From: a virus
Lineage: Duplodnaviria; Caudoviricetes
Strand: one strand, 5' to 3'
Length of the DNA: 64,000 nt
Virus record (IMG/VR): IMGVR_UViG_3300027759_000001
The notes under the pieces were generated by a model. It was given only the letters and a program-made list of their open reading frames with translations, made no database searches and had not been told where the DNA came from. This document shows positions 1 to 9,222 of the stretch, piece by piece. The position numbers and the translations under genes are program-made. The first letter of the stretch is position 1. Every line of letters begins with the position of its first letter.

Positions 1-1035
1 GACCTTAACTATTCAGTTGTCATCTTAGTTGAGCCTTATGGTGGAAAACGAATTGCGGATGGTCAAAATATGTCAGGAGGTTATTCAGGTCATAGGAGAG
101 AAGAATGGAGTACAATTGTAGGTAAAGTTCCAAAATTAAAAGGTAAAGAACATTTGTTTGTTGCGGATCCATTGAGTACTGCTGAACAAAAAGTACTGAA
201 TGACTACAAAAATACTACCATCAATAAAGATGCGATTAAAGAACTTGGTAGTGAACAAGCAGCTGAAATGTGGCTTGAGCTTTCAAGTCCTGATTTAACA
301 TATAGAAGTAATGGTGATGAAATTTATCGTAACTTTACCGAAAATCTTAAAAACAAATACTTAGGGTTGGGAATGGACTTGACCGCTGAAATGATTAATA
401 ATTCTGAACCTAGTGTGTTGAAATATTATGCAGCAAGAAAACTTCAAGGTTTGATGTCAAAAAGTTTAGGTCAATTGAGTGATTCCGATATTGCATTCAT
501 CAATAGTCCTATAATGAGAGATAATAAGAAAAAATTAAGAGAAAAATTCTCAGGTCAATTAGCCGGAGTTAGTAGTAGTGGTTATGTTGGTCTTGAATAT
601 CCAAAAGATGATAACTCTAAGTATGTTGCATTATTTGGGTTTGATGATTTCTTTCAACATATTCCAACTAATACAACTATGATCCAAATGGAAAATACAA
701 GTAAAACTCCAATTGCTTTGGATTTACCGGAAAGTATTGGTAAATTAACCGAATTAAAAACATTGATTATTGATAATATGGTTAAGTCAATCCCTGAAAG
801 TATTGGAAATTGTACCAAATTGAAATTTATAAACTTACCTAATAACCCACAATTGGAAAGTATTCCTGAGGCGTTTGGTGAATTGTATTGTTTGAACTTC
901 TTCTCAACGGAGAATTCAAATCCTGGTATGAGAATACCTAAAAAATTAGAAGAATATATGACAGAGGATGAAGGATTTTGGTTTATCAATTTCCCTCCTG
1001 AATTGAAGAAACATTGTGGACCTATAAGATCTTAA
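1..1035 (+). CDS. 5'-truncated protein with C-terminal leucine-rich repeats
   Basis: Frame has no stop from base 1 to the ATG at 70; LPESIGKLTELKTL / IPESIGNCTKLKFINL / IPEAFGELYCL repeats. Confidence 0.8.
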   Translation, partial: DLNYSVVILVEPYGGKRIADGQNMSGGYSGHRREEWSTIVGKVPKLKGKEHLFVADPLSTAEQKVLNDYKNTTINKDAIKELGSEQAAEMWLELSSPDLTYRSNGDEIYRNFTENLKNKYLGLGMDLTAEMINNSEPSVLKYYAARKLQGLMSKSLGQLSDSDIAFINSPIMRDNKKKLREKFSGQLAGVSSSGYVGLEYPKDDNSKYVALFGFDDFFQHIPTNTTMIQMENTSKTPIALDLPESIGKLTELKTLIIDNMVKSIPESIGNCTKLKFINLPNNPQLESIPEAFGELYCLNFFSTENSNPGMRIPKKLEEYMTEDEGFWFINFPPELKKHCGPIRS

Positions 1036-1331
1036 TGATGAACGTAGACATAGAAATTTATATTAGTCAACTAATAACCTTTTTTGAAAAAAACCCAGGT
1101 GATTTTATGGATCTTGTTGGTGAGGTACAAAAAGAAGAATTCTTTCAAAAGATGAAAGAAAAATCTATTGAGAACTATGAGAAAGGTGAAGACTTTGTAT
1201 TAACCAAACAACAAATTATTGATGTTGTGGTTGATCTTAAATCACCTGAATTAAACCAAAAGTTAAGTTATACAAACAAAGTTAAAGGATTTATTCAAAA
1301 GACTAAGTTTGGGGATATCATACTTAATTGA
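1014..1331 (+). CDS. hypothetical protein
   Basis: ORF, operon-like packing. Confidence 0.75.
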   Translation: MWTYKILMMNVDIEIYISQLITFFEKNPGDFMDLVGEVQKEEFFQKMKEKSIENYEKGEDFVLTKQQIIDVVVDLKSPELNQKLSYTNKVKGFIQKTKFGDIILN

Positions 1332-1371
1332 TTTTTTTTATGTAAAGGCTTGTAGAATCCAAAAAATTGAC

Positions 1372-1379
1372 TATCTTTG
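1372..1379 (+). promoter_or_regulatory. Bacteroidota-type housekeeping promoter (-7 TAnnTTTG; -33 TTG at 1350)
   Basis: TATCTTTG 19 nt after TTG, upstream of 1405. Same -7 motif at 15088, 15644, 18510, 20164, 24833, 27077, 27980, 30242, 33274, 35400, 47006, 52374, 57204 and on the minus strand at 45159, 61521, 61668. Confidence 0.8.
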
Positions 1380-1404
1380 TAAGGTAATCTAAAAAACTAA
1401 TTAT

Positions 1405-2160
1405 ATGATCTATACTCCAGAATTAATCAAGTCAACCGCACCATCAATCTTCGCAACATCTCCATCGTCAAAAATGACAAACAAGTATGAATTTGTCCCT
1501 ACAGACAAGATCATGGAGTTCTTTGATAGAGAAGGGTGGGAAATTTCATCTGTTAAACAAAATGGTAGTGGTATCCACGCCTTACACGAAGTAAAGTTCC
1601 GTAATGGACAACTTCCATCTGTTGGTGATACTTTGGTTGAAGCAATCATCAAAAACTCTCACAATGGTATGTCGGCATTCTCAATGAGTGCAGGTCTTCA
1701 CAGATTGGTGTGTAGTAACGGATTAACGGTTCCTACGTCAGTAGCAGACCAATTCCGAATCCGACACAAAGATTTCCAACTTGACGATGTTAAAATGTTA
1801 ACGGAAAGTTTCGCAAAGAAATTACCAATGATTCAACACTCTGTTGGAAGAATGATGGAACGTCAACTTACTATGGATGAAAAAGTTGAGTTCGTTCAAA
1901 AAGCATCTAAACTTAGATGGGCAACAGGTTCAGTTCCTTCAACACTTGATTTAGTGGACTTGTTAACACCTAACCGTAACGAAGATGAAGGAGATGACCT
2001 TTGGAAAGTCTTTAACGTAGTACAAGAGAAATTTGTACGAGGTGGGGTTGAGTACAGATCACAAAGTGGTCGTAAGACAGGGTTAAGAGGTTTGAAAAAT
2101 ATTATGGCGGTAAACGCAATAAATACAAAACTTTGGGAGACTGCTGAGTCAATGATCTAA
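1405..2160 (+). CDS. DUF932-family phage/plasmid protein
   Basis: NSHNG...GLHRLVCSNGL...RIRH motifs. Confidence 0.85.
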   Translation: MIYTPELIKSTAPSIFATSPSSKMTNKYEFVPTDKIMEFFDREGWEISSVKQNGSGIHALHEVKFRNGQLPSVGDTLVEAIIKNSHNGMSAFSMSAGLHRLVCSNGLTVPTSVADQFRIRHKDFQLDDVKMLTESFAKKLPMIQHSVGRMMERQLTMDEKVEFVQKASKLRWATGSVPSTLDLVDLLTPNRNEDEGDDLWKVFNVVQEKFVRGGVEYRSQSGRKTGLRGLKNIMAVNAINTKLWETAESMI

Positions 2161-2167
2161 AATAAAC

Positions 2168-2192
2168 GTGGGGTGAACAACCCCACTTTTTT
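2168..2192 (+). terminator. intrinsic terminator
   Basis: GTGGGGT-gaaca-ACCCCAC + T6. Confidence 0.85.
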
Positions 2193-2206
2193 AATTTATA
2201 GTCAAT

Positions 2207-2530
2207 ATGTTTAAACGTGAGAATGATTTTTTGGACATCTTAAAAGAAAGACATGATAAATTATATGGTATCATTAAAGTTAATAGTACTATAGGACTAA
2301 CACCTAAGACATTAATAGAAAAGAAATTTGAAATTGAATACTTGGATAGTGTTGAGTTTGAATTTGAACTTAATCATTTAGAATCAATACTTAAACATAA
2401 ATCTGGGTTTTACTTATATTTATCTAAAATGGAGGTCGCAGATATGTCGTATCAGATGAAAATTTATTACGATATGGACCAATTAAACGAAGTATCATTC
2501 TTCATTAAAAACTTATCAAAAATTAAATAA
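2207..2530 (+). CDS. hypothetical protein
   Basis: ORF. Confidence 0.75.
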   Translation: MFKRENDFLDILKERHDKLYGIIKVNSTIGLTPKTLIEKKFEIEYLDSVEFEFELNHLESILKHKSGFYLYLSKMEVADMSYQMKIYYDMDQLNEVSFFIKNLSKIK

Positions 2531-2532
2531 AA

Positions 2533-2847
2533 ATGGAAATTACAAGTGTTGAGTTACAAGAAAAAATTAACTCAGGTAAAAAAGTTATCGTAGAATTTTG
2601 GGCAGAATGGTGTGGTCCGTGCAAAATGATGAAACCTTTATTTGAAAGAGTTGCATCTCAAAACACATCAAACGTTGAAATGTATACAATGAATGTAGAT
2701 TTAAATAAAGAAATTGGAGCATCATTGGGTATAAGAAGTATCCCAACAATTAAAGTTTTCCAAAATAGTAACATCATTGATACTAGAGTTGGTATGATGA
2801 ATGAGGGTCAAATAAACGGGATCCTAACAGAATTGATCAATGGATAA
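2533..2847 (+). CDS. trxA: thioredoxin
   Basis: FWAEWCGPCK, IRSIPT. Confidence 0.95.
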   Translation: MEITSVELQEKINSGKKVIVEFWAEWCGPCKMMKPLFERVASQNTSNVEMYTMNVDLNKEIGASLGIRSIPTIKVFQNSNIIDTRVGMMNEGQINGILTELING

Positions 2848-3127
2848 GTTAGCAATCATATTTTCAATGAAATCATGTGGTCATTGTAAAACACTTAAGG
2901 AAATGTTGGATAAAGAAGACATACCTTATATTGATAGAGATATTGACGAACATAGCGATGAATACGATATGTTTGTTTCAATTACTAAGAATGAATATGT
3001 TCCGGCATTTATGTTAATTGAATCACCGGGGCAAGAAAATTCTAAGACTGAACTTTACGCACCTGAAAGAGATTATAATGAACTTGATGAAGGTGTAAAA
3101 ATCATTAAAGAGTTTTACGAAAGATAA
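2840..3127 (+). CDS. glutaredoxin/NrdH-like redoxin
   Basis: CGHC and YVP motifs, adjacent to thioredoxin. Confidence 0.8.
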   Translation: MDKLAIIFSMKSCGHCKTLKEMLDKEDIPYIDRDIDEHSDEYDMFVSITKNEYVPAFMLIESPGQENSKTELYAPERDYNELDEGVKIIKEFYER

Positions 3128-3131
3128 TAAA

Positions 3132-3167
3132 AAACCCCATTTCTTAATAAGAGTGGGGTTTCTTTTT
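3132..3167. terminator. bidirectional terminator between convergent genes
   Basis: AAACCCCA...TGGGGTTT with A/T tracts; near-identical hairpin at 24786-24815. Confidence 0.8.
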
Positions 3168-3855
3168 AGAATATAATTACATCCTCTAATCTGTCCTGAA
3201 CCAAGTATGGTTTTTCTCCCTCAGGATCCAATATATCTTGGGTAAGGTCATAAGACTCCATTCTATTGGAGAAGTCCTCTAAATCAAAGTCAAATACGTC
3301 TAAAATTAGTGATCTGATTGTTTGTGGATTATACATTGACGTAGTCACAACTTTAATATCAACCTCATCATCTACTTTAGGTAAGAAATGAATATACATA
3401 CTTTCTGATCCGATTGTTGATGAAATTTGGTTAAGTATATAATGTGAGTAGTAAACCATAGATCTACCTGTACGTAAACTATAACCATATGGAAACTCAG
3501 AACTAATTGAAATTTCATCAAATGATTTATTCTCCTCAACAAATACATTTTTATTTGTATCAACCCAACCTGTTTCAATTGGGAATATCTCAACTCCGTA
3601 TTTGATTATATTAATGATATTAAAATGTTCTAAACCTAATGATTTAAGAATATCTTTATAGGTCTCATTGAATTCATTTTTTAATTCGTCAATGTTAAGT
3701 TCTGTTTCGCTTGTGGTCTGACCATTAACAACCATGAATACATCACAATCTGTGATTTGTATAATTGATCTTTCTTTTGGGTCAATTTTAGAAACGATGA
3801 AATCGGCAAATAAATTTACTATGCCTCGTCTTGAATTTTTATTGATTAATCTCAT
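3166..3855 (-). CDS. degenerate S-adenosylmethionine synthetase (MetK)-like protein
   Basis: Segments resemble MetK N- and C-domains (see findings); catalytic motifs absent. Confidence 0.55.
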   Translation of the reverse strand: [229 protein letters not shown]

Positions 3856-3906
3856 ATCTTTTTTTGTAATTAATATGAGTTTTAAATGAATATATAAATA
3901 GTTTAG

Positions 3907-5001
3907 TTAAATATAGTCTCCGAATATATCATTTATATCTTTGGTAACTAAACCGTAATCTGGGTAATCAGGTATTCTAAAGTCTAACCAATCATATTCA
4001 CCATCATCCATTAGTCGTTTCATCATAGTTGTATAACTACCCTCGTAATCTAATTTATCTTCACTATATTCACTACCCACACGACTGGAAAGAAATTTTT
4101 CCACATTACCTTGTAAGTCACGTATTTTAACATATTGTAACCATTTAGTTGTTTCACCTATTTTGGTTTGTTCTTCAAGTACTCTACCAACAAAGTGTAT
4201 ATCCAACTCTGACCAAATTAAACCATATATTTCACTTTGGTATGCCCCATTATATGCATTATTATGAATATTACTTAGTTCACTTTCTAATTCAGATAAA
4301 TCATCATCTAAAAGTTGTTTCATCGCTTCTTCATTCTTAATCAATTCATCTAAATTTTCTTCTTTGATTATGAAATAACCTTCAGTTCCTTGTTCTTCAG
4401 ATAAACCTTCAAAAAACTCTGAGTCATATTTTTCTAATGAAAACTCAACATTACCAATTTCTCTGAATATATAATTTCTTAATTTTATAACATTTTCAAC
4501 ATCTAATTCTTCAATTACATCTTCATAAACATTATTGGTTGAATCATAAAAATCTTCATAGTAATCTTCACCTAATACGTGTTCTGCAACATCTTTTGCC
4601 GTAGTATCGCGACCACGATCATCAAATAGTTCGGCAAGTTCTGTACGGTCTCTTAAGAATAGGTAATAACCATCTGATCTTCTTTCAACATCCCTTAGAA
4701 TGTTTCCGGATAACCATTCTAACCAAACTTCAGGATCCTGTTGTATTTTATGTAAGAGAAAATCATTCTCAAGAACTTCTGGTATAGATTTATATTCAAA
4801 GTTATCTAAAATTTTTGTTTTAACTAAAAAATCAAATGAGGGTACGTTATTATAAGGTATGTTGGATAAGTCTAACTCATTAATTAAACCTGTTCTAAGT
4901 ATAAAACTTAAAAATACCTCAATCCTATTATTGAATATTTTGGATATACCATTCCAATTACCTTCATTAAATTCTTCAATTAGTTCTTCAATATCATTCA
5001 T
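3907..5001 (-). CDS. acidic hypothetical protein
   Basis: 364-aa ORF, D/E-rich, TATTTAT upstream (5007-5013). Confidence 0.8.
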   Translation of the reverse strand: MNDIEELIEEFNEGNWNGISKIFNNRIEVFLSFILRTGLINELDLSNIPYNNVPSFDFLVKTKILDNFEYKSIPEVLENDFLLHKIQQDPEVWLEWLSGNILRDVERRSDGYYLFLRDRTELAELFDDRGRDTTAKDVAEHVLGEDYYEDFYDSTNNVYEDVIEELDVENVIKLRNYIFREIGNVEFSLEKYDSEFFEGLSEEQGTEGYFIIKEENLDELIKNEEAMKQLLDDDLSELESELSNIHNNAYNGAYQSEIYGLIWSELDIHFVGRVLEEQTKIGETTKWLQYVKIRDLQGNVEKFLSSRVGSEYSEDKLDYEGSYTTMMKRLMDDGEYDWLDFRIPDYPDYGLVTKDINDIFGDYI

Positions 5002-5067
5002 AACTTATAAATATAAAAAAAGGTGGAAAATACTTCCCACCTCAACTTTTTAACCAATAACCACAGA

Positions 5068-5208
5068 TTACTTTTTGTTGTAATACTTCTCAACAATTTT
5101 CTTTACCGACTCTTGAACCGAAGATTGGCTCGCCGCTGGTTGTTGTGGAGCTTGTTGAGGTGCCTGAACAGGTTGTTGATTTGCTTTATTTTTACATCCG
5201 CATCCCAT
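5068..5208 (-). CDS. 46-aa MGCGCK... Gln/Pro-rich small protein (below ORF-track cutoff)
   Basis: Hand translation MGCGCKNKANQQPVQAPQQAPQQPAASQSSVQESVKKIVEKYYNKK. Confidence 0.75.
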   Translation of the reverse strand: MGCGCKNKANQQPVQAPQQAPQQPAASQSSVQESVKKIVEKYYNKK

Positions 5209-5277
5209 AATATTTGTTTTAATAGGTTTATTTAATTATAAATATCAGAGAAGTATCATATTTTGTAAACCATTAAA

Positions 5278-5284
5278 TATTTAT
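5278..5284 (+). promoter_or_regulatory. TATTTAT putative phage late-promoter motif
   Basis: Lies 4-35 nt upstream of starts: 5278, 12576, 16043, 19610, 23608, 34488, 36726, 39378, 40736, 45235, 47212, 48194, 49556, 52890, 55769, 62484, 63466. Confidence 0.65.
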
Positions 5285-5290
5285 TGTAAT

Positions 5291-6826
5291 ATGAAAAAAG
5301 TTGTAAGGATTAACGAGAGTGATTTAATTGGATTAATAAAGAATATTATTATTGAACAAGATGATAGTGTTGAGTATGAAGATTTCACTCCACAAGAATA
5401 TATGGATTTATTAAAGTCTGTTAATTATAAAGCACAAGCGATTCCTAAGTTTCCTGATTTCAAAGGTAAAAAAATAAGAGTAAATGGTAACTTACCCTTA
5501 ATGGGTTTAAAACAAATAACTAATTTGGGTGAGTTAATTGTGACTGGTGATTTAAATCTTCGTTCCTCAGGTATTGTAAGTCTTGAAGGTGTTACAGTTG
5601 GTGGTAGTTTAAGTTATTGGGACACACCATATAGTAAAGAAATTGATAGAAGAAAAGAAATGGCTTTAAGGGCTGAAGCCAGACAAAGAAGAGAAGATGG
5701 TGAATGGGATTTAAATAATTCTAATATTGATGACGAAGGTTTAATGGCAAACGCAGTTTTTGATTATATGGTTCAAGAAGGTGATATTGGATATTTAGAT
5801 GGACCAGAACGTGAAGAATTAGAAGATTTGGAAAGAAGAATGGAAGAACTTGAGGAAAGAATAGATAACGAGGAAGATTCTGAAATTGTTGATGAATTGG
5901 AGATTGAACAAAATGATTTGCAATCCGAGATTGATGAACTTAAGGATAAAGATAATGATGTGTATGATTTAATACCTGAGGGTTCCCATTATGACTTATA
6001 TACATTTAGGTCAATACATAATGATGCTAGTGGTTATATTTATGCGGTTGGAACTGAAAATGAAGCGGATAGTTCCCTTAAAGAGTATTATGATGAAATG
6101 GTAAATGATTTAAGTAATTTTGATAAAAATACTTTATCTTACCATATTGATGGTGACGAAGTTGCGGAATATTATGAAGACATGATTCGTGAATGGGTTA
6201 TGGACGATCCTGAAAATTATGATGTTAGTAGGGAAACTAGTGTTAAACAAGATAAAGAAATTGAAAAATTACAAAACCAAAAAAGGTCACTTGAAATAGA
6301 AACATATTTAATTTCAAGTGGAGCTAGATCTCCTCTTATAGAGGAAGATGTTGAATCTGTAAAATACTTCAAATTTAATGATTATATGGATAATATTTTA
6401 ATTGTTGAATGGTCTGAAAATAAATGGCAAATTTACCAAAACGGTAAAAAAGTTGAGTCAGTAACTTATGAAGATGAAGATGAGGATGGTGAACATGAGT
6501 CGGATAATGAATCAAGGGTTGAAGAAATTGAAAGTGAAATAGAAGGTATAGACGAAGAAATACAAGATATAAAAGATGATCCAGATGGTGATTTAAATGA
6601 TGATGAGGTTGAAGAAGCCGTTGAGGATAGGTTATTTCAAATTAAAGATGACCCAATGAGTTGGTTAGATGAAATGGGTGATGACTATAATAATTTTATA
6701 GATAGACAAAGTTTATTAAATGATTTAATAGATGAGAATGATTATGGTGTAATAAGTAGTTACAACAATGAATATGACACCGTTTCAGTTAATGATTCAA
6801 CTTTTGTTGTAATGAGAATTGACTAA
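5291..6826 (+). CDS. highly acidic protein with leader motif and short LRR-like solenoid
   Basis: MKKVVRINESDLIGLIKNIIIEQ leader; ITNLGELIVTGDLNLRSSGIVSLEGVTVGGSL. Confidence 0.85.
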   Translation: MKKVVRINESDLIGLIKNIIIEQDDSVEYEDFTPQEYMDLLKSVNYKAQAIPKFPDFKGKKIRVNGNLPLMGLKQITNLGELIVTGDLNLRSSGIVSLEGVTVGGSLSYWDTPYSKEIDRRKEMALRAEARQRREDGEWDLNNSNIDDEGLMANAVFDYMVQEGDIGYLDGPEREELEDLERRMEELEERIDNEEDSEIVDELEIEQNDLQSEIDELKDKDNDVYDLIPEGSHYDLYTFRSIHNDASGYIYAVGTENEADSSLKEYYDEMVNDLSNFDKNTLSYHIDGDEVAEYYEDMIREWVMDDPENYDVSRETSVKQDKEIEKLQNQKRSLEIETYLISSGARSPLIEEDVESVKYFKFNDYMDNILIVEWSENKWQIYQNGKKVESVTYEDEDEDGEHESDNESRVEEIESEIEGIDEEIQDIKDDPDGDLNDDEVEEAVEDRLFQIKDDPMSWLDEMGDDYNNFIDRQSLLNDLIDENDYGVISSYNNEYDTVSVNDSTFVVMRID

Positions 6827-6858
6827 TACCTTTACAGAATACAATTATATTATTATGT

Positions 6859-7656
6859 TTGTGGGTAATGGCAAGAAATAAAAAAATAGAATTTGTAATG
6901 GACACCGATTGGATGTTTGAAAAGCCAATTGATAGTGAACATAAGGAATATAAATTACTATCATATTTCCAACGTATGGGTGAAAAGTTAGATAACATGG
7001 AACTTTATCCTGGGTTTATAGAATTATCATTACATTTAGCAAACATACAAACACTTATCAGGGATAAGAAAATCATATATACAAACAAAAAATTTAATTC
7101 AGTTGATGACGAACTTTTAGTGAAAGATCTTAAAATTAAAAGTGTTCCTGAAATGTCAACTGATGAATATGAAGAATTCACAAAAATTTTACAATACACT
7201 GCACCAAGGATGTCGGAATATTTTAATATTGCAAAATCTGTATGGACATTAGTTTATGATAGTATTGAGGCAAAATACAGGAAGAATAAAAAAGAAATTT
7301 TATCTAACAAAGGTTTCTTCTTCCATTTGGATAAGAGAGACAACAAGTATTATGTTTGGGAGTATGAAGTATCTCCGGCAGCAAAAAAATCACCAGAAAA
7401 TAAGACAAATGTTAAATTAATTTATTGTGATGATAAAAACAAATTGACAATACCAAAGATAATAACTACATTTTCTGAGACCGAAAACAAAACAAAGTTA
7501 CCGGTGTTAGAAATGATTAGTAAAGGTGATTTCCCAATTGAAGAAACATTATTACCATTATTTAAAAGAAAAACAATAATGTTAATTAATCAAACGAGAA
7601 ATTACAATATTGAACAAGAGGACAAGAAAAAAGAAAAAGAATTTTTAGAAGATTAA
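6859..7656 (+). CDS. hypothetical protein
   Basis: 265-aa ORF. Confidence 0.8.
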   Translation: MWVMARNKKIEFVMDTDWMFEKPIDSEHKEYKLLSYFQRMGEKLDNMELYPGFIELSLHLANIQTLIRDKKIIYTNKKFNSVDDELLVKDLKIKSVPEMSTDEYEEFTKILQYTAPRMSEYFNIAKSVWTLVYDSIEAKYRKNKKEILSNKGFFFHLDKRDNKYYVWEYEVSPAAKKSPENKTNVKLIYCDDKNKLTIPKIITTFSETENKTKLPVLEMISKGDFPIEETLLPLFKRKTIMLINQTRNYNIEQEDKKKEKEFLED

Positions 7657-7658
7657 AA

Positions 7659-7841
7659 ATGGGTTTTAACAAAAGATTTTTAAAGAAAGAGAACATCCTT
7701 AATCACCTTACAGATATTATGAATTATTTAGATGCCGACGCAGTGTTGTGTACGGATGAATTTTCACGCAATGTCTACAGGATGTTTAATGAGGGAAAAA
7801 ATGAGGAAGAAATAATAAAATACATAAATAAAAATAAATGA
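7659..7841 (+). CDS. hypothetical protein
   Basis: ORF with ATGA overlap to next gene. Confidence 0.75.
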   Translation: MGFNKRFLKKENILNHLTDIMNYLDADAVLCTDEFSRNVYRMFNEGKNEEEIIKYINKNK

Positions 7842-8956
7842 AAGTTAAGTTAGAATATGTGTGGATTGACGGATATACACCGGAGCCAAACCTTAGAAGT
7901 AAGATTAAAATTGTGGACTATGAGCAAATTAAAAATTGTTTAGTTCTAAATAATTTCCCTGAATGGAACTTTGATGGGTCATCAACATTACAAGCGGAAG
8001 GTAATAGTTCTGATTGTATTTTAATACCTGTTAGACATTATTTTTGTGATAATACAAACACAATTTACGTGTTGTGTGAAGTAATGAATTCTGATGGTAC
8101 ACCACACGAAACTAATACAAGATCAAAACTAATTGGAGATCAAGAAGATTTGTGGTTTGGGTTTGAACAAGAATATTTTATCTACGATAGAAATAACAAA
8201 TGTATTTTAGGACACAATGAAAACAACTTGGAACCACAAGGTAAATATTATTGTGGTGTTGGTGAATATGTTGCAGGAAGAGATTTTGTTGAGGAACATA
8301 TGGATATGTGTTTAAAATACGGAATTGATATTACAGGGATCAACGCTGAGGTTGCATTAGGTCAATGGGAATACCAAGTATTTTCAAAAGGTAAATTAAA
8401 GGCAGGTGATGATTTGTGGATGACCAGATACTTTTTATATAAAATCTCTGAAAAATATAATTATGGGATTGATCTACATCCAAAACCAATTCAAAAAGGG
8501 GAATGGAACGGGTCAGGACTTCATACAAATTTCTCCACAGATAAAATGAGAAATGATGGTAACGAAAAATATTTTATATCATTGTTTAATGCGTTTGAGG
8601 TAAGACATGAAGCCCATATTAAATCTTACGGGTCAGATAACAATCTTCGTTTAACTGGTAAATTTGAAACACAATCAATTGATAAATTTAGTTGGGGGGT
8701 TTCAGATCGTGGGGCATCAATTAGAGTTCCAAGAGATACTGCAAAAAATTGGAAAGGTTATGTTGAGGATAGAAGACCTGGATCAAATGCTGACCCATAC
8801 AAAATTATTAAAGAAATTGACATATCTTTAAATACTACCGATCAAATCTACGATGTTAAAATAATGATGAGTAAGGATTTTGATATGGAAGGTCTTAATG
8901 AAAAATACGGAACAATTTCAAATGATGAATTATTAAAAGAATATAGAGAAGAATAA
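7838..8956 (+). CDS. glnII: glutamine synthetase type II
   Basis: EYVWIDG, WNFDGSST, GFEQEY, NAEVALGQWEYQ, WNGSGLHTNFS, RLTGKFET, RGASIRVP, EDRRPGSNADPY. Confidence 0.95.
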   Translation: MKVKLEYVWIDGYTPEPNLRSKIKIVDYEQIKNCLVLNNFPEWNFDGSSTLQAEGNSSDCILIPVRHYFCDNTNTIYVLCEVMNSDGTPHETNTRSKLIGDQEDLWFGFEQEYFIYDRNNKCILGHNENNLEPQGKYYCGVGEYVAGRDFVEEHMDMCLKYGIDITGINAEVALGQWEYQVFSKGKLKAGDDLWMTRYFLYKISEKYNYGIDLHPKPIQKGEWNGSGLHTNFSTDKMRNDGNEKYFISLFNAFEVRHEAHIKSYGSDNNLRLTGKFETQSIDKFSWGVSDRGASIRVPRDTAKNWKGYVEDRRPGSNADPYKIIKEIDISLNTTDQIYDVKIMMSKDFDMEGLNEKYGTISNDELLKEYREE

Positions 8957-9222
8957 TGGAAAAAGAATGTGTATGTGGAGCTAACGTATTTTGTGAGTGC
9001 CCTCCAATAAAAGTAGAACAAGTTAATCATCCTAACCATTACGGAGGAGAGGATAATCCTTATGAAGCAATAAAAGTTATTGATGCTTGGGATTTAGGAT
9101 TTAGTTTAGGAAATACTGTAAAGTATATTTCAAGAGCTGGAAAAAAAGATAAAGAGTTACAGGACCTTAAGAAAGCATTATGGTACTTGCAACATCATAT
9201 AGAAACATTAGAGAAAAAATGA
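8956..9222 (+). CDS. DUF3310 family (T7 gp1.7-like nucleotide kinase)
   Basis: VNHPNHY...GFSLGNTVKYISRAGKK...DLKKALWYL. Confidence 0.9.
   Translation: MEKECVCGANVFCECPPIKVEQVNHPNHYGGEDNPYEAIKVIDAWDLGFSLGNTVKYISRAGKKDKELQDLKKALWYLQHHIETLEKK

Noticed and set aside
5023-5235. 70-aa plus-strand ORF
   Set aside because: Antisense shadow of the MGCGCK gene (5068-5208), which has a TATTTAT motif upstream on its own strand.
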